DNA of 64,000 nucleotides, from assembly GCA_963833225.1 (NCBI GenBank), contig CAWHXD010000019.1, positions 885,759 to 949,758 on the forward strand. Reading direction: 5' to 3'. The stretch comes from an uncultured Chloroflexia bacterium (GTDB lineage Bacteria > Chloroflexota > Limnocylindria > Limnocylindrales > CSP1-4). Below the pieces are notes generated by a model, which saw nothing but the letters and a program-made list of their open reading frames with translations, made no database searches and was not told the DNA's origin. The translations under genes were made by a program, and so were the position numbers. Below, piece by piece: positions 62,921 through 64,000 of this stretch (position 1 is the first letter of the stretch; each line of letters opens with the position of its first letter).

Positions 62921-64000
62921 AACTCCGTTGCCGCGCGGCGATGTCGCGGGAGCCAGCGAGGTCGGTTCGAATGCGCGAACCAGACAATGGGAGCTCACGG
63001 TCATAGGGGAGCCACCGGTAATTCCCGAGGCACGCGCTGGGGATGACGACGACCTGCGGACAGGAGGTCCCTCAGCTGTGGGACGGAGTCAAAGACGCTG
63101 TAGCTGTAGGCGATCCCGTTGCCCGGCGAGTAGAACCAGGCGTGTCCACCCGTCCCACCGAGTTCACGGTCTGCAGCAAGTCAGCGGATGCGAGCAGGCG
63201 CTCCACGAGACTGAGACGCACCGCCCTGACCTGAGATGTTGCTGTCAGATGAAGACTGTGAGTTTCGCCACCCGAACATCTCCGCAACGGCCTTTCCTGA
63301 TCGGCGACGTGATGGAGAACACCTGTAGTGACGACGGGTCGAAGCTCGAGCCCTCGAGGGAGCCTATCGCTGGAGCAGGATCGAGCACCTCCTCCGGAAC
63401 ATGATGGGCTCGACGGCGATCGCGAGGAGTTCCGGTGACAGATCGTTCCCTCTACCGAGGCATTCGGGAGGGCCTCACGGAGAAACTGCAGCGCCCGACC
63501 CGTGCCGAAGCCCGTGTCCAGCACGGAGCGAGCGCTGATCAACTGAGGTAGAAGGCAATGTGCCGGAGGGCGAGGTCATGCTCATCGCCGTCATGCATGT
63601 GATCGGCCTCGTACCGTCCGCCGCGGCGGCTAGTACGCCCGCTGGTCGGTCCCGGGCCCGTCGGCGCCCATCATGCCTTCCGGAGCCTTCGCGGGCTCGT
63701 GTCGCTGTTGGGATCGGCCGCCCAGACATCCGATCGTGGAGCCGTTGCCGCGCGGTCCGCGATAGCCGCGAGCAGCGCCTCGAACTGATCGGCGATGTGG
63801 TTGACCTCGAACTCGGATTCCGCAGAGGCCGCGGCCGCCTCCACCCATGACGGCGCGCCGTCGCCAGGGTCAGGAGGTCGATGCGGCGGCAGACAGGCCA
63901 CCCGGGTCGCCGGGGGCACCACCATGCCCGCCGACTTTCGATGATGAGCCCAGCCGCGAGGTTCTCGCGTGGGACCGCCGCCACAATCGGACGCGCCGCC
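62917..64000 (-). other. Mirror copy of the methyltransferase and the 3' end of the first GT4
   Basis: ISARSVLDTG and ESEFEVNHIADQFEALL match 53197-54299. Confidence 0.7.

Larger units (their letters stand above)
53197..64000. repeat. ~5.4-kb imperfect inverted duplication centred at 58616 (probable fold-back artefact)
   Basis: CAACTGGCG-GCA-CGCCAGTTG at 58606-58626; 58618-64000 is the reverse complement of 53197-58614 with scattered indels and substitutions. Confidence 0.95.

Noticed and set aside
58618-64000. Second, paralogous EPS operon
   Set aside because: Exact mirror symmetry about a mid-gene axis, including intergenic DNA.

Overview
Very GC-rich bacterial chromosomal segment. The gene content (sortase, class A PBP with Pro/Thr tail, DUF3090/SCO1664, DUF4012, many leaderless genes) suggests a monoderm soil or aquatic organism, plausibly Chloroflexota or Actinomycetota-like; this is an inference. 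Many frameshifts, clustered in patches, look like long-read errors. Positions 1-47 kb hold mostly metabolic, envelope and housekeeping genes: a TM0106-type nuclease/helicase, aminotransferases, ABC/MFS transporters, PBP1A, mscL, tdk and a degraded IS481. From 47.1 kb there is a sortase/DUF4012/Wzc-type exopolysaccharide locus. From 58618 to the end the sequence is an imperfect mirror of 53197-58614, most likely a fold-back read artefact. The best leads are: (i) an unannotated ~180-nt highly structured ncRNA (34185-34363, minus strand) with its own sigma70-type promoter and four DnaA-box-like motifs directly upstream; (ii) a sortase with Ser in place of the catalytic Cys, next to a non-canonical LPRTS-type substrate at the head of the EPS locus; (iii) a PecS/TamR-type MarR regulator with altered ligand residues and a four-site operator facing an unknown small protein; (iv) two matching SigK-like promoters.
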